A stretch of DNA of 64,000 nucleotides, taken from assembly GCA_002269645.1 (NCBI GenBank), contig NIVC01003649.1, positions 21,616 to 85,615 of the forward strand. Direction: 5' to 3'. The position numbers and the translations under genes were made by a program. A model generated the notes under the pieces. It saw nothing but the letters and a program-made list of their open reading frames with translations. It did not search any database and had not been told where the DNA came from. Of the stretch, positions 12,961-26,700 are shown one piece after another. Origin of the DNA: Macrostomum lignano. Its lineage: Eukaryota. Each line of letters begins with the position of its first letter. Positions within the stretch are counted from its first letter, which is position 1.

Positions 12961-15900
12961 ATGAGACAGCAGACAGCAGTACGCAAACCTTGGATACTGT
13001 CATACGCGGTGCCGTCTAGCCGCAGACTCGTAATTGTCAAACCTGATCGTTCAAAATTCTTTGCAACAACCAGCCAATTCAACGATTTACATTGTGTCCC
13101 CTGCAGCAGCAACTGCAAGGCTGTGACAAATGACCACTGACTGTCGTTGCCAGCGTCTGCGCCAAGGCGGCAGTTGAAAGCTCAGAAGAATTTCAATGGC
13201 CTCCGGAAGAGAGACACACCGACAAAAAAAGAAATTGTTTCGCCACTTTGTTTCGGACGCTCTCATTCAAATTTCTGTCAGCGAAAGCAGCAGCTGCTGC
13301 TGGCACTGGACCAGAGTCGAGGCGGGTCTGGTTGCTAAGGTGTTCCATTCCTTCTGTCTTCCAGGCACTGACTGCGCTGCTGGGCATGTAATTTACATGA
13401 TATTCACCCCTCCCAACACACGGAGGCTTGCCAGGCCATTCGTTTCATTTCGAATTTCGAAGTCTTCCCCCGAACCCCTCCCACCCCATTCCTCCGTCTG
13501 TCTGCGAAGATTTAGCGGAGACGGTACTGCTTCACTTTCATTTATAAAAAAACTGATTTCTAACTTTTCACTTTAATACAAAGTGCTCGGCGGCTGGCGA
13601 AGTGCGGGAGTGGTTAACAAAAAACTGCCTGCGTGTCCCCCCACCGCCTGGAATGCGACAGAGTCCGGCAGCTGCGCTAAGTCGGTCTTAAATCCCCGCA
13701 TATGCAATCTATGCATATCGTACTACACACTTTTCAAATCCCATGTTTGGCAGGCATGGGGGTTAGTTGAAGGGAAATTCTCCCACTGGGTAAATGACCA
13801 AACGGCTGCCATTTTAGAAAATAGGTAAGAGAGAGAGAGAGAGCTCAGAGTTAAAATTGATTGCTAACAGGTTATGCCAGCCTGTTTGTCCCAGTGGCTT
13901 TTTGGAATGATATAGCTAGCATGATAGAAAAGCCAACGTGCGGAATTGGGGAGTTTTTAGCGGACGCATAACTTTTGCGGCTATAGGGAGGGTCTGACAG
14001 ATCGCAGTACCCCGAATCTCCCCTACCCTCCGTCTGCCTGTCTCTCCGGGTAGTGACAGCTTAACAAGTTGGCCACCGATTCAAGGCATTCATACGTACG
14101 ATAGTAACGGTAATAACCGCAGCCAATGCAGTGTAATTCTTAGGGCGGGGTTTCAGCCAGAGACATTGGAGGCGGAGTTGGCGCAAGAATTGTCCGCCTT
14201 CCTGTCTCTCTCTCTATCTGACTCCGCCTCCCCGCCAGTGGCAGTAATTACTAGCGATGACAAATTGCAACGGCTGCCACCAAGTGATACTCTATAATAC
14301 GAGCTGCATAAAGCTCTTCTGACTTGATCTGGCATAACCGCGGCCTGCCTGACTGCAGTTACTGCCAAGATTGGGAGACAGCTGAAATAGGGGAGCCATA
14401 TATGCGCATGATGTAGATTATCCCATCGGGTTGGGCTGGAACTATGGAATTCTGTTGTCTCTGCGACCGGCGGGATCCGCCCAGAGAAAAGCATTCCTTA
14501 AGTGTCCATGTATACAGTATACCCAAGAGAGGTATACTGTAGAGAGGTATTTTGCGCGAGCTGGCGCGCAAAACTTCGTGACTGCAGATTCAGCGACTAC
14601 TTATCGGCACCTATTTGATTTGGACTTGGCTACATTGGTCATCCCTGTTGCATACCGAAAAACTATGCACGGTCATAAAACCTTCGCCACTTTACCAATT
14701 GTCTCCATCTGCGCAACTAATAGATGTACATGTTTGACTACTGCAAAAACCAATTCAAGTTCATTTCCACGCGATCTCTTTGTATACGGGGTATTCAGTT
14801 CCATAATTATTTCTACTTCGAAATTGTAGAATTTCAATGCGGGTAAGCACTGATCTTTAAAGGCATAAACCACCCAAGCCCCCGTTTTCGGTGGCAAAAC
14901 TACGCTCGTATAAGCTTCGAAGTTTTTTTCCAAAGATTTTGATTACAAGCGTATAGTACTTATTATCATATTGCAATAGTATGTTATGACTTACGAGCAC
15001 AACTTACTCCACCTTTTAACAAGTAAAAAAAGAAGTAACAACCGTCTTGTGCCTTTTGAAAATAAAAAATAGGTACTTGTAGTTAACAACTTCCCGGGTT
15101 TAAAAACTTTTATCTACTCGAAAAAACAAAATTAAATTAAAGCTGCCTAGTTTGCAAAAACAACAAAAGTTTTTTGATGCACAGAGGTTTTTTTTCGTTT
15201 TTGGTATTTATTTTCATGTATATCTTTTAATAACTGTTTGCCAACTCTATTTTATCTAACAACTAAAAAGTTTAATTGTTGTGTTAAGTCAAATTTTAGT
15301 CAAATTTTCCGCAGTATATGCAGCTACAAAGATTGTTTTGGCGATCAGCTTTTTTCTGTTTATAAGTCAGTTACTCGTTCAAAAATATACAAAAATCTGT
15401 AGCAATTGTTTTACACAAACTTTTATTGAAATCATACAGTAACTTGTGATCTTTTATTATAGGTATTTTAAAAAACGAAGTGTATCTTAGCTAGTTCTCA
15501 ACTTGTCTTACAGTTTAACCAGGTCCAGACTGCGCAAAGTATTTTTGAGAATAAAGTAAAACATTTTTTGTTTTACAAAAATTTATTCAGTATACTGGTT
15601 CGCAGCGAAAATCACAGCTAACAGATAATTCCTAATTGAAGCGCTTAAGGTTTGAGGAAAACTTATTCGAACTTCCTCAGCTTTATATTAATTGGTAATA
15701 TACTTAAACTAATCCACTAATTTATATTTTTCTGTTAAAACTATTAAAATTACTGATCGAATGCCAACAAGATAGGCAAAAATATTTTGTTTTCTATCGG
15801 CTTATACAAGTATAAAATAGGAAAATATACTAGGCCTAAATACACTATTCTCAATAATGTCATTGCAGTAACCATAATTTACAGTTTATTTTAGGTCTAT

Positions 15901-16064
15901 AGTGGAAATTATATGATGTTATTGATGTACAGCTTGTGTCCATTTGAATTAAATACATATATTTAACTAAATGTAGCTGAGAGAAATAACTCAAGTTTTA
16001 AATTTAAATGACTTTATTTTAAGTTTTTAACTTTAATCATTTATCTATTTTCAGAAAAATTAGC

Positions 16065-17192
16065 ATGGCAGAGAAAAAAGAAGGCAAAGAGCCGAAAAAC
16101 GCGGTTCACCAGAATGCCATCATGGTGGAGACAATCAAGAAGGAGAATTTTCATCAGAAGCTTTACACCAACTACGGCGTTAATCCTTTTCGCAGACGTG
16201 CGTCGGTTCATACGAATTTCATTGACAGTATCTTCGTAAATTTGTATTTAAAATTTTGAATTCATTGACTGCTTGTTAAAATTTTCAGTCCACACTTTGG
16301 CGCCAAAGCCCAACGCACCACCGGAGGATCTTTCTGGCATCACGGAGGAAGACAGTGAGTTTTACTAGCTTAGTATTGTTAAGTTAGCAATTGAGACAAT
16401 TGTTTTTGTATATTTAAAAAAACCAATATCAAAACTTTTACAAAGGCCACTTTGTGGGCGTCATCGAGCGGGCCCACCTGGAGCCAACCAAGAAGTACAC
16501 GGTGCCCCAGACAGAGTCCCAGGAAATTGGCTGGATTACTAAGCCTTTGGTGAGTGCAACGCCTGCGGAAATAGTGCGGCGCCTGAGTTGATAGTGTGGC
16601 GGCTGAGTTGATAGTGAGGCGCCTGAGTTGATAGTGAGGCGCCTGAGTTGACAGTGCGACGCCTGAGTTGATAGTGAGGCGCCTGAGTTGACAGTGCGAC
16701 GCCTGAGTTGATAGTGAGGCGCCTGAGTTGATAGTGAGGTGCCTGAGAGCTGATAGTGTGGCGGCTGAGTTGATAGTGCGGCGCCTGAGTTGATAGTGAG
16801 GTGCCTGAGAGCTGATAGTGTGGCGGCTGAGTTGATAGTGCGGCGCCTGATTTCACAGTGCGGCGCCTGAGTTAATAGTGAGGCACCTGAGCTCATAGTA
16901 ATACGCTCGTAGTACTAATATTCTTACTAAAAAGTCTAGTAGTACTAATGTACTATTAATAGTAGCAATGGAAGATATCAAGTAGTGATTCAACCGCTTT
17001 ACTGGTCAAAAGCTTAACTAACTCTCGATGCAACATTATGTAGAATCTTCCATAAATGTAATTGCAGCTGGAGACCAACAAGGCGACAGCCGGCTGTATT
17101 TTCCAAAGAACAGCTGCGAGATTACTAAATACATGGACGCCTATTGGCGTTTCAAGGGCACCGACGGAAAACCGGAAGCGAAGAAAGCATGA
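16065..17192 (+). CDS. CFAP144: FAM183/CFAP144 family ciliary protein; exons 16065-16197, 16289-16354, 16446-16549, 17068-17192 (1-nt deficit near 17082)
   Basis: VHQNAIMVE...QKLYTNYGVNPFR, EPTKKYTVPQTESQEIGW and DSRLYFPKNSCEITKY match the FAM183A pattern. Exons 1-3 splice in frame; exon 4 needs one extra base. Confidence 0.85.
16560..16890. repeat. 20-bp minisatellite GCCTGAGTTGATAGTGAGGC in FAM183 intron 3
   Basis: Tandem array beginning at the splice donor. Confidence 0.93.
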
Positions 17193-20100
17193 TGGATAAA
17201 TGAACTTGGTCTGACTGCATGACGTCATTAATGAAATGTGAAAAATATGAGATTACTGATTCAAAAATCATGCATGTGATCCTGTTTCTCTTGCATGTAC
17301 TAATTATTTTCACAAGCTTTCCTTCTCTGACTCTTCTGAATGTATACCACTGGTAATATCTCTGTAATAATTTTGAATTTCGAAAAAATCCGAGAACTTT
17401 TGCAGATGTGTTGTTTCCATTTCTTTTTTGTTTGCAAGAATTCAAACATTTTGCAGCACTTAAATTTGATTTAGTTGCTGCATGCTATAAAATATATTGA
17501 GATCAATAAAAAACTTTGATAATTATAATGTCGCTAGAACAGGCTGTAACATTGCCTGCAACAGGCAGTCTTACGAATTTAACGCCTTCGTGTAATTTAC
17601 ACTGTAGATTATTTATATTACGTTTGGAATTTTATATCATCGATCCTTTGTATAAATTTCACCTCAACTTTTACCACGTGATCATACAGTCACTGTCCAC
17701 ACATTTGAACAAAAATTGATGAAAAATATCCAATTTGGGCACATCTTTAAGCGATAATTTAGTAACAAAAAACGCTAGCAGCATAACTGACATCGATTTC
17801 TCTAAAATTGTAAATTCTTAATGCACGATTCTAATGGATGTTCTACTGTACTACTGTAGTAATCGGGCATACAACTGCCAGCAAAACATCAATTACTTTT
17901 TTAATATCTCCACAATCCTTTTTTGTTTATTTGTAGTGAGATCAGCACAAATCATCAAAACCAGGGACAGGGGCTAATTTGTTGCAGCTTAATATTTCCG
18001 TAGAATGCGAAAACACTACTTCGATTAGTTTTTGGAAAAGTTCAAGGCTCGAAACTTCTATTGTCAGAGAAAGTCTTGCTATCACTTCCAATAGCTCACA
18101 ACATAAAACGAAATCAATGATGTGAGGTATCGCTCTTACTGTATTAAGTAGCGAGCAGAACCCTGTAAGTTATGTGATTGCAATAAAGAGCTGTGAAAGG
18201 GTTAGGGTTAGGATTTTTGATGGGTATTAATTTCGAGCTTGTGAAATTTCGATGCTTGCGAATGACTTAATTTTTTTCCCAGTCACTTGTGTAGTTTCGA
18301 TATTGGTACCCGATATGGTAAAGTTTCGAGCTAATAAATTACAAGCTTTTGAAATATCCAGCTAATAAAGTTGCAATTAGTCAATTGACTGTTCTTAAGA
18401 ATTTCATTTTCAGAGCCTGTGAAACTAACCCACACAAATTTGAACTTAAATTAGTTATACGCACAGTGCTTTATTTCGTAGAATTATCAGAAAATTTCAA
18501 ATGATAAGCTTCCTAGAAAAACAGCACGGGTCAAAAAATGACCAGTGAGTCAATTAGTGTCAATAGTGAGCATTAATTATTTATTAAAAAGCCCAGATAA
18601 ACCCTGCGTTGGTTTTTATACGCATATGTAGTGGCATTCGTAGGTATATATACCGATGTATTCAAGATAAAGTAAAAAACTTTCATTGATGTATTTCTAC
18701 TTCTAGTCAAATTGAAATCAATTTTTGCTGAGATTTATGGACTATGAGAGAAATATTATAATCAATATTTAAATTAAAGGCGCATAGAGAAGTTAAATAG
18801 GTTTAATTATTGCGATTTCTGAGCTTGGGGTTCTAATTTGTCAGGAATTGTTATCAGGAAAATATCCTAGCCTAGGCCTATTACAGGCCTACCCCTATCT
18901 CTTCTAGCTAGACTAAAAACTTTTGTCAATTAGGCCCTATAGGCCTAGTTTCTTAATATTCTTAATTAGAAGTAGTACTAGTAGCTAAAGTAATTTCAAA
19001 CTGGGCATTTTTGGGAAAATTTTGATGTTCATTATATTTTGGAGGCATATAATAGGTTTTAAAGTTGTACTTATATTATTAGAAAGTAAATAAAATACTA
19101 GACCCCTTAACCTTGGTATTGTCCTAATCCATACATTGTTGACAGGTTACACCAAATTCATTGATATCTAATTTGTCAATAGACCTAAAATTTAAGAAAT
19201 TAAAGGAAAGCAAATTTGTCAATAGTGATAACAAGCTAAGCAAATTAGTCAATAATAGAGCCTAAGACAAACAAACTTATTTGGCTAAAGTTATTCCTTA
19301 AGCAATTTAAGGCAATAATATAAATTTCTTTAATTTAATGAGCAAAAAATTGCCAAAGACTTTAATATAGACCTAACTTCATGACTGCATATTTTAAATG
19401 CTATTGTACTCCAAATCTAACAAATTGAACAATCTTGTATGCTATGCATAAAATACCATATTGAATATAGGCCTATTGACTATTCTAGTTGAGTATTTAG
19501 ATATATATATATCAAGAGTCTATTGGCCATAGTCTAGAAGGTGGCCTTTATACAAAAAAATCAGTTTCTACAAAAATAGCTATTTTAAAGTTTAGTAAAA
19601 GTTTTAAATTCCTAAAAATATATAGGGCTATTTGTTAAAAAATGGCATATAAACAACTTTAGTCTTGGCATAAAATTTTTTTAATTTTTTTGTCTGTATA
19701 AAATAGAAAAAAAACATGAATGTTCATTTTGGCATATACCCCTCCTATGATCCAGACTATGGTCTATTGGGGCATAGCAGTTTGTATACTGCATTAGGTC
19801 TATATCTTTTATACTTTATTACATCTTTTGAGTGAAGCAAGTAACTTTAATTTAAGTTTAATCCAAGTCTTGTTTATCTTTTCAATTAGGCCTATTTATT
19901 AACAAGGTTTTGTTTGAGTATGACTTTAGATTTCAAAAGCATACAAAAAAGTTCTAAAGTATATTGGAATTCAGCAGGTTTAAAATCTGTGGGTTTTTAT
20001 AGTTTGTAAAATGTTAATATCAAACAAAAAAAAATTGCTTTCATTATAATACATGTGTCTTCTTAATCTTAATAGGCTTTATCTTATAATTTTTAGTATA

Positions 20101-20922
20101 TAATAAAATAAATATGGCAAAATCAATTATTGGGGCAAGTTTTTTGAAAGTTTATTTTTTCAATAGCAATAAATCTATAAGATAAATTATTTTAAGTTTA
20201 AAAAGTTAGAAACATCTATTAAAGTACAAATTATTTACATATAGCCTTATCTTTGATAAAATGATTTGTTAAAATGGTAAATTTAATTACAACTAAAATG
20301 ACTATTAAAAATGATAGAAAAACTCTGATTATGTATTTATTAACCTTAAGTATCTTATATCAATAAATTATATTATGCAATAATATATTTAATATTCTTT
20401 TTAGGGGTTTATTTTTCTTTATTTTTCTTTATCTTTTTTGTTACTATTGACAATGTGTATTTTGTAGAGTTTGTCTGCAATAAATACTGTATTTAATATA
20501 AGTTTATTATTAATCATACAAATTCCCACAAGAATAAAAAAATTGCATTTTACTCAGCTTCTAATGAAACAATTTGGAAATTCTTGTATACATGCCACAA
20601 CGATATATATTTAAGTGTGATTTCATTGTTTGTTGCTAATAAGCCTATAGGAAGCATCTGATTTAGAAGCTGGATAACATAGAAATTCCTATAAAGATTG
20701 GAAAATTGCATTTTACTAAGCTTCTACTAAAGCAATTTGGAAAAACTTTTCCTGCATATATGCCACAATAATACATATTTAAGTATGATTTTATTGTTCT
20801 TTGTTGCTTAATAAGCCTATAGGAAGCATCTGATTTGAAAGCCAGGTAACAGAAATTCCCATAAGGATCAGAAAATTGCATTTTACTCAGGTATTATTAA
20901 AGCAACATATATGCTCAATATA

Positions 20923-21247
20923 CCCATCTAAACCAGATGGGTGAAATGGCTGCCAGCCAAGGTAAGTCACAAAATTGAAAACACAAAAAATGAAAAATTG
21001 GGAGAAGAAAGAAAGGAGAGGAAGAGAAAAGGAAAAGAAAGGAGAGAGAAGAGAAAAGAAAGAGAAGAGAGAAAAAGAAAAAGAAGAAAAAAGAAAAAGG
21101 CAAGAAAAGTCATATACAAAGTGAAAATTAAGTTGCAATTAGGAAATTTGCAATTGAGAAGAACTAAGTCCCAATTGGGAGGAACTAAGTTGCAATTGGG
21201 AGGAACTAAGTTGCAAATCTGGACAAAACTAAGTCGCACTAGATGGG
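20923..21247. mobile_element. Putative MITE with TA-flanked terminal inverted repeats (TA)CCCATCTA...TAGATGGG(TA)
   Basis: TACCCATCTA (20921-20930) is the exact reverse complement of TAGATGGGTA (21240-21249); it interrupts a ~165-bp tandem repeat. Confidence 0.55.
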
Positions 21248-23761
21248 TAAAATTTTGAGGTTGGGAATGTATGTGAACAATTTGGAAAATTCTTTTTTTC
21301 TTATATACATGTTGCAATAATACATATTTAAGTGTAATTTCTATGTTCTTTGTTACTGAATAAGCCTACAATAAGCATTTGATTTAGATGCTAGATTCAT
21401 ACTTTGGTATACCATTTTTTACTCAAATTTTTTAAAGTCTAAATATGGGCCTATTACATGCACTAATACTATACAAGTTGATATTTAAATAAAAGAAAAC
21501 AACTTAAAGATTATTTTGCAACAAGGAATGAGTGGTATATTTACTTTTAGAGAGAAATTTTGCTGGCAAACTTTGCACTTTGAAATTTGTATGCATTTTT
21601 GAGAGTTTGTGGTTTTAGAAAACTATAGAAATCTTTAGAAGTCCTTTATCCTTTTGAATAAAATAAAAATTAAAACACAGAATATTTTCTGTTTTGTAAG
21701 TAATAAAAAATTTGCCTTCTTTGAGGTGTACAAGTCTTAAAATTAGCTGTTTAGTAATGAAAAAAGTGAAGCAAAAATTTGTGAAGCAGTCAACTCAGAC
21801 TTTTAAAATGCTATTTTGTGTTTTTTTACTCATTAATTCAACAATGTGAAGTATGAAAACAATAGTTTTTATCCAGAACTGTTTTTTTAAAGACCTATCT
21901 GTCTTTCAAAAAGCTTTTTAGATAGAAAATAGAAATTTTAGAAAATTTAAGTTTTTGACAATTGAAATCCTATGCACTTTATAGGAATAATTAAGAAATT
22001 TACAAAAACTTATATGCATAGCAACCTTGAAAAACCTATCATATTGACATTAAAAAATATATTTTCTTTCTTTAGGTTATTTTTCTCCCTCTTCATTGCA
22101 ATCAAATGTAAATGTACAAAAAAATAATATAATTATTTAGACTTATTAATAATTATAAATTATTCTTTTATAAAAAAGTATCAGACTATGTATCAAAATA
22201 TTGGAATTGAAAAAAGTATTGTGCAATAGGCAATAGATAAACAGTTTTATTATATTAACAAATGTGTTGCAGAGCATTTATTATATTGTTATTAGATAAC
22301 TTTTTAGGTATTATAAACTATGATACTGAAAAGCAAACTAGGGTATGAAAATGCTAAGTGCTAAAAAGCATAAAAACTACTCTAGGTAGGGCAGGGGTAG
22401 GTTGAGGCAAGGCATATAGTATAAACACTAGACAGAGCAAGAATGTTAGATTAAATTTCAAATTTGTAAAACTTGTCAAATTTGTTTTTGAGAATCAAGG
22501 CATTAAGGCAAAACATTTAGTGTCATAAATGTATTAAACCTATATTTATAAAATGTACAAAGAATTGGTTTCTAGATTGAAAAAAACCACATTAGTAATA
22601 GATGACAGTATTCTTTAAGATATTTTTATAGTATATTTAATAATTATCAACAATGTTTTTGGAATAAATTTAAAATAGAAGTTTAAAGCTTAGAAATATT
22701 ATTTGTATATTGCATAATATTTAATAACATAGTTATAAGATTTGTGTATCAATTATCATCAAAAAATTTTATATTGTCATTTAATATTAATATTTTGGTT
22801 ATTCCAATTTTGATTTGAAATCTTATAGCAGTAATTATAATAATTGTTGTACTTCTACCTTTGTTGCTTTTCCCTTTCAACCATAGATAATATTATATAC
22901 TATGTAAAAAGCCCAGAGTATAAGACAAGAACTATGTCCCAGAGTGCTATAACAAAAAGCTCTTAATTGGTAACAACAAGGTATAGCCAATTTTGGAATA
23001 TAAAAAAATTAATTTTCAAGATCAAACAGACATAAAGTAACCTAATTTTCATAGATCATCATAGATATTTAAAAAATTATAAACATATGCTAAAACAATT
23101 GAATTGCTATATTATTATAGCTAAAATTCATTTAAATATAACTAGATAAAGAGCATAAATCATGATTAGACAAATAACATACAGTTTTTTTAACTTATTA
23201 CAAATTTTTGATATAAAGCTATCTTCATTTGATCTGAATCTAATAAAAATCTGAATCTAATTTGATCTAATAAAAAATACAATAGTCACTGGCTAACAGC
23301 AAGGGTATACATTGATTTTGTCAGCTGCCTTTTTATTTGCTGGTAGATAAAACAACTGTTTCTAGTAGATAAATAAATATAATGTAGGTCCCAGTTCTGC
23401 AGTCTGGCTAACTAAGTAAATATATATATATATAATTAATATACTGAAATAATATTTATACAAATTGCATGCTATACCTTTGCAAAACTTTTATATTTTA
23501 TAATCCTTTTATATACACAACAAAATAAATAATGCATTAGTGTCCAATGCAAAACATAGCACTTCTTACACTTCTTAATAATCTGCTAAATTATGTATGG
23601 TCATACATGTATATGTACATTTATATGTACATGTACTTTATTGTATACATTTTACTGTGGAACATTTGAGGATAAGTAAAAACTAATTGGGAAAAATCTC
23701 ATTGAGAAACTTTCAAAAAATTTCTATCCAGAGTTTTATTAGCAATCAAATTGCATTCGAA

Positions 23762-26700
23762 ATGGAGGACGCCCTGCAATCAATGGAGGCCACTACAGAG
23801 ATGGAGTCTTTGTTTAACTTGTATGGCTTCGAGGCTGCAGATTGCACAAATCTATTAGACGACAAAGACCTGCTTGACTACACTGCTACAGTGGCTGACA
23901 CTTCAGCTAATGCCAAGCCACTTGCTGAAATTGAAGCTGCCGCTGATGCCTCTGGGTCCACCAGAAGCAAGTCGGGCTCGGCTTCTGCCGCGGCCACTGG
24001 ACCGTCTGGCGGCCCGCTGGTGCGGCTGAGCGGCGGCACCGCAGCTGGCGTCGATGAGAACGCGGCAGCTGACTGGCGCCGCTGCACCGATCGGGTCACC
24101 GGGTGAGCGGCGCTGACAGTTGATGGGGAAGATTAATGGTAGATTGGGAAGATTGATGGTAGATTGGGAAGATTGGTGGTAGATTGGGAAGATTGGTGGT
24201 AGATTGGGAAGATTGGTGATAGATTGGGAAGATTGGTGATAGATTGGGAAGATTGATGGTAGATTGGGAAGATTGGTGGTAGATTGGGAAGATTGGTGAT
24301 AGATTGGGAAGATTGATGGTAGATTAGAAAGATTGATGGTAGATTGGGAAGATTGGTGGTAGATTGGGAAGATTGGTGGTAGATTGGGAAGATTGATGGT
24401 AGATTGGGAAGATTGAGAGTAGATTGGGAAGATTGATGGTAGATTGGGAAGATTGGTGGTAGATTGGGAAGATTGGTGATAGATTGGGAAGATTGATGGT
24501 AGATTAGAAAGATTGATGGTAGATTGGGAAGACTGAGAGTAGATTGGGAAGATTGAGAGTAAATTGGGAAGATTGGTGGTAGATTGGGAAGATTGATGGT
24601 AGATTGGGAAGATTGAGAGTAGATTCGAAAAAATGATAGTAGATTGGGACGGTTGATAGTAAATGGAAGTGGCAGATTGGGAGTTGGGAAGTGGCAGATT
24701 GGGAGTTGGGAAGTGGCAGATTGGGAGTTGGGAAGTGGCAGATTGGGAGTTTGGAAGTGGCAGATTGGGAGTTGGAGAGTGGCAGATTGGGAGTTGGGGA
24801 AGTGGCAGATTGGGAGTTGGGGAAGTGACAGATTTGGAGTTAGAGGAGTGGTAAACTTAGGCACATTGCAACGAAGTGTACATTCTGGATGCACATCGAA
24901 CCGTGGCCGACTGTCCGCAGTTCTGACTCGTCTGCCGAAGTGGAAGTGTCGCTCAGGCCGGTGCACCGCCTGCCGCCAGACAGCCGTTACATGTTCCAGC
25001 GTTACGGCGACTGCCTGGCCGCTGTCGACGCCCAATTCGACATTCTTCGCCGACGGCTTCTAGCGCAGCTGTCGGCCCCAGCGGACGGCGGCGCCAGCCT
25101 ACCAGTAACTGCGCCGGACGAAGTGTCGCACGAGCCCTGCGTACTGATTGGCCGGGTGGCGCCACCGCCTGGCGCTGCCGCCGCCGCCGCCGCCGCCACC
25201 AGCACCTCGGGCACATCGGCGACAGTGACGGCGACAGCTGGTCCGTCCGAGGTCGACGGCCGCCTGGCACCGCCGGCCCTGCTGCTGGAGTGTCCGGCCG
25301 CCTCCTCCGGCTCCTCCATTGTCAACGTCGACCTGTCCGGATGCGAGCAGAGCCGCTATTCGCTGTTCCCCGGACAGGTAGTTGCGGTCCGTGGTTCGAA
25401 TCCCACCGGCCGTCTGTTCCTGGCCGAGGCCGTCCTGACGCCGACAGCGCCGCCACCTCGGCAGTTGTCGCCGCCGGGGCCGCCGTGTCTCGACCTCGCC
25501 GTGGCCAGCGGCCCGTTCGACGCAGCGTCGCTTTCGGCGCTGCTTCGCGTCTGCGCCGGCGGTCGGGAGCGACCGCACGCTCTGCTACTGTCCGGGACGG
25601 GCTGGCGCCGGGCGCCGTTGTTTGGGCGCGTCGATCCGGCGCTGGAATCGGCGGCCAAATTCTGCCAACAGCGGGGAGTGCAGCTTGTGGTTCAGGTTGG
25701 CTCTGCTTGTCCTGTTTGCAATGTTGCTTATTGTCATTGGCTATTGCCTATAACCCCGAGCTATTCACCTAATGCCCATTAGTAGCTAATTGCCTGGCTA
25801 TTTAACTACCAGTAGCTAATTGCCTGGCTATTAAACTACCAGTAGCTAATTACCTGGCTAATACACTTCCAGTAGCTAATTACCTGGCTAATACACTTTC
25901 AGTAGCTAATTACCTGGCTAATACACTTCCAGTAGCTAATTACCTGGCTAATACACTTCCAGTAGCTAATTACCTGGCTAATACACTTTCAGTAGCTAAT
26001 TACCTGGCTAATACACTTCCAGTAGCTAATTACCTGGCTAATACACTTCCAGTAGCTAATTACCTGGCTAATACACTTTCAGTAGCTAATTACCTGGCTA
26101 ATACACTTCCAGTAGCTAATTACCTGGCTAATACACTTTCAGTAGCTAATTACCTGGCTATTAAACTACCAGTTGCTAATTACCTGGCTATTAAACTACC
26201 AGTAGCTAATTACCTGGCTATTAAACTACCAGTAGCTAATTACCTGGCTAATACACTTCCAGTAGCTAATTACCTGGCTAATACACTTTCAGTAGCTAAT
26301 TACCTGGCTAATACACTTTCAGTAGCTAATTACCTGGCTATTAAACTACCAGTTGCTAATTACCTGGCTATTAAACTACCAGTAGCTAATTACCTGGCTA
26401 ATACACTTCCAGTAGCTAATTACCTGGCTAATACACTTTCAGTAGCTAATTACCTGGCTAATACACTTCCAGTAGCTAATTACCTGGCTAATACACTTCC
26501 AGTAGCTAATTACCTGGCTAATACACTTCCAGTAGCTAATTACCTGGCTAATACACTTCCAGTAGCTAATTACCTGGCTAATACACTTCCAGTAGCTAAT
26601 TACCTGGCTAATACACTTTCAGTAGCTAATTACCTGGCTATTAAACTACCAGTTGCTAATTACCTGGCTATTAAACTACCGGTTGCTAATTACCTGGCTA

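Noticed and set aside
12242-13118. Three 200-260 aa minus-strand ORFs
   Set aside because: All three frames are open only because of the 15/16-bp repeat.
14673-14933. 86-aa minus-strand ORF
   Set aside because: No recognisable motif, splice context or codon bias; it may be a TE remnant but I cannot support that.
20887-21317. K/E/R-rich ORF and F/S/L-rich antisense ORFs
   Set aside because: They translate an AG-rich low-complexity tract inside the putative MITE.
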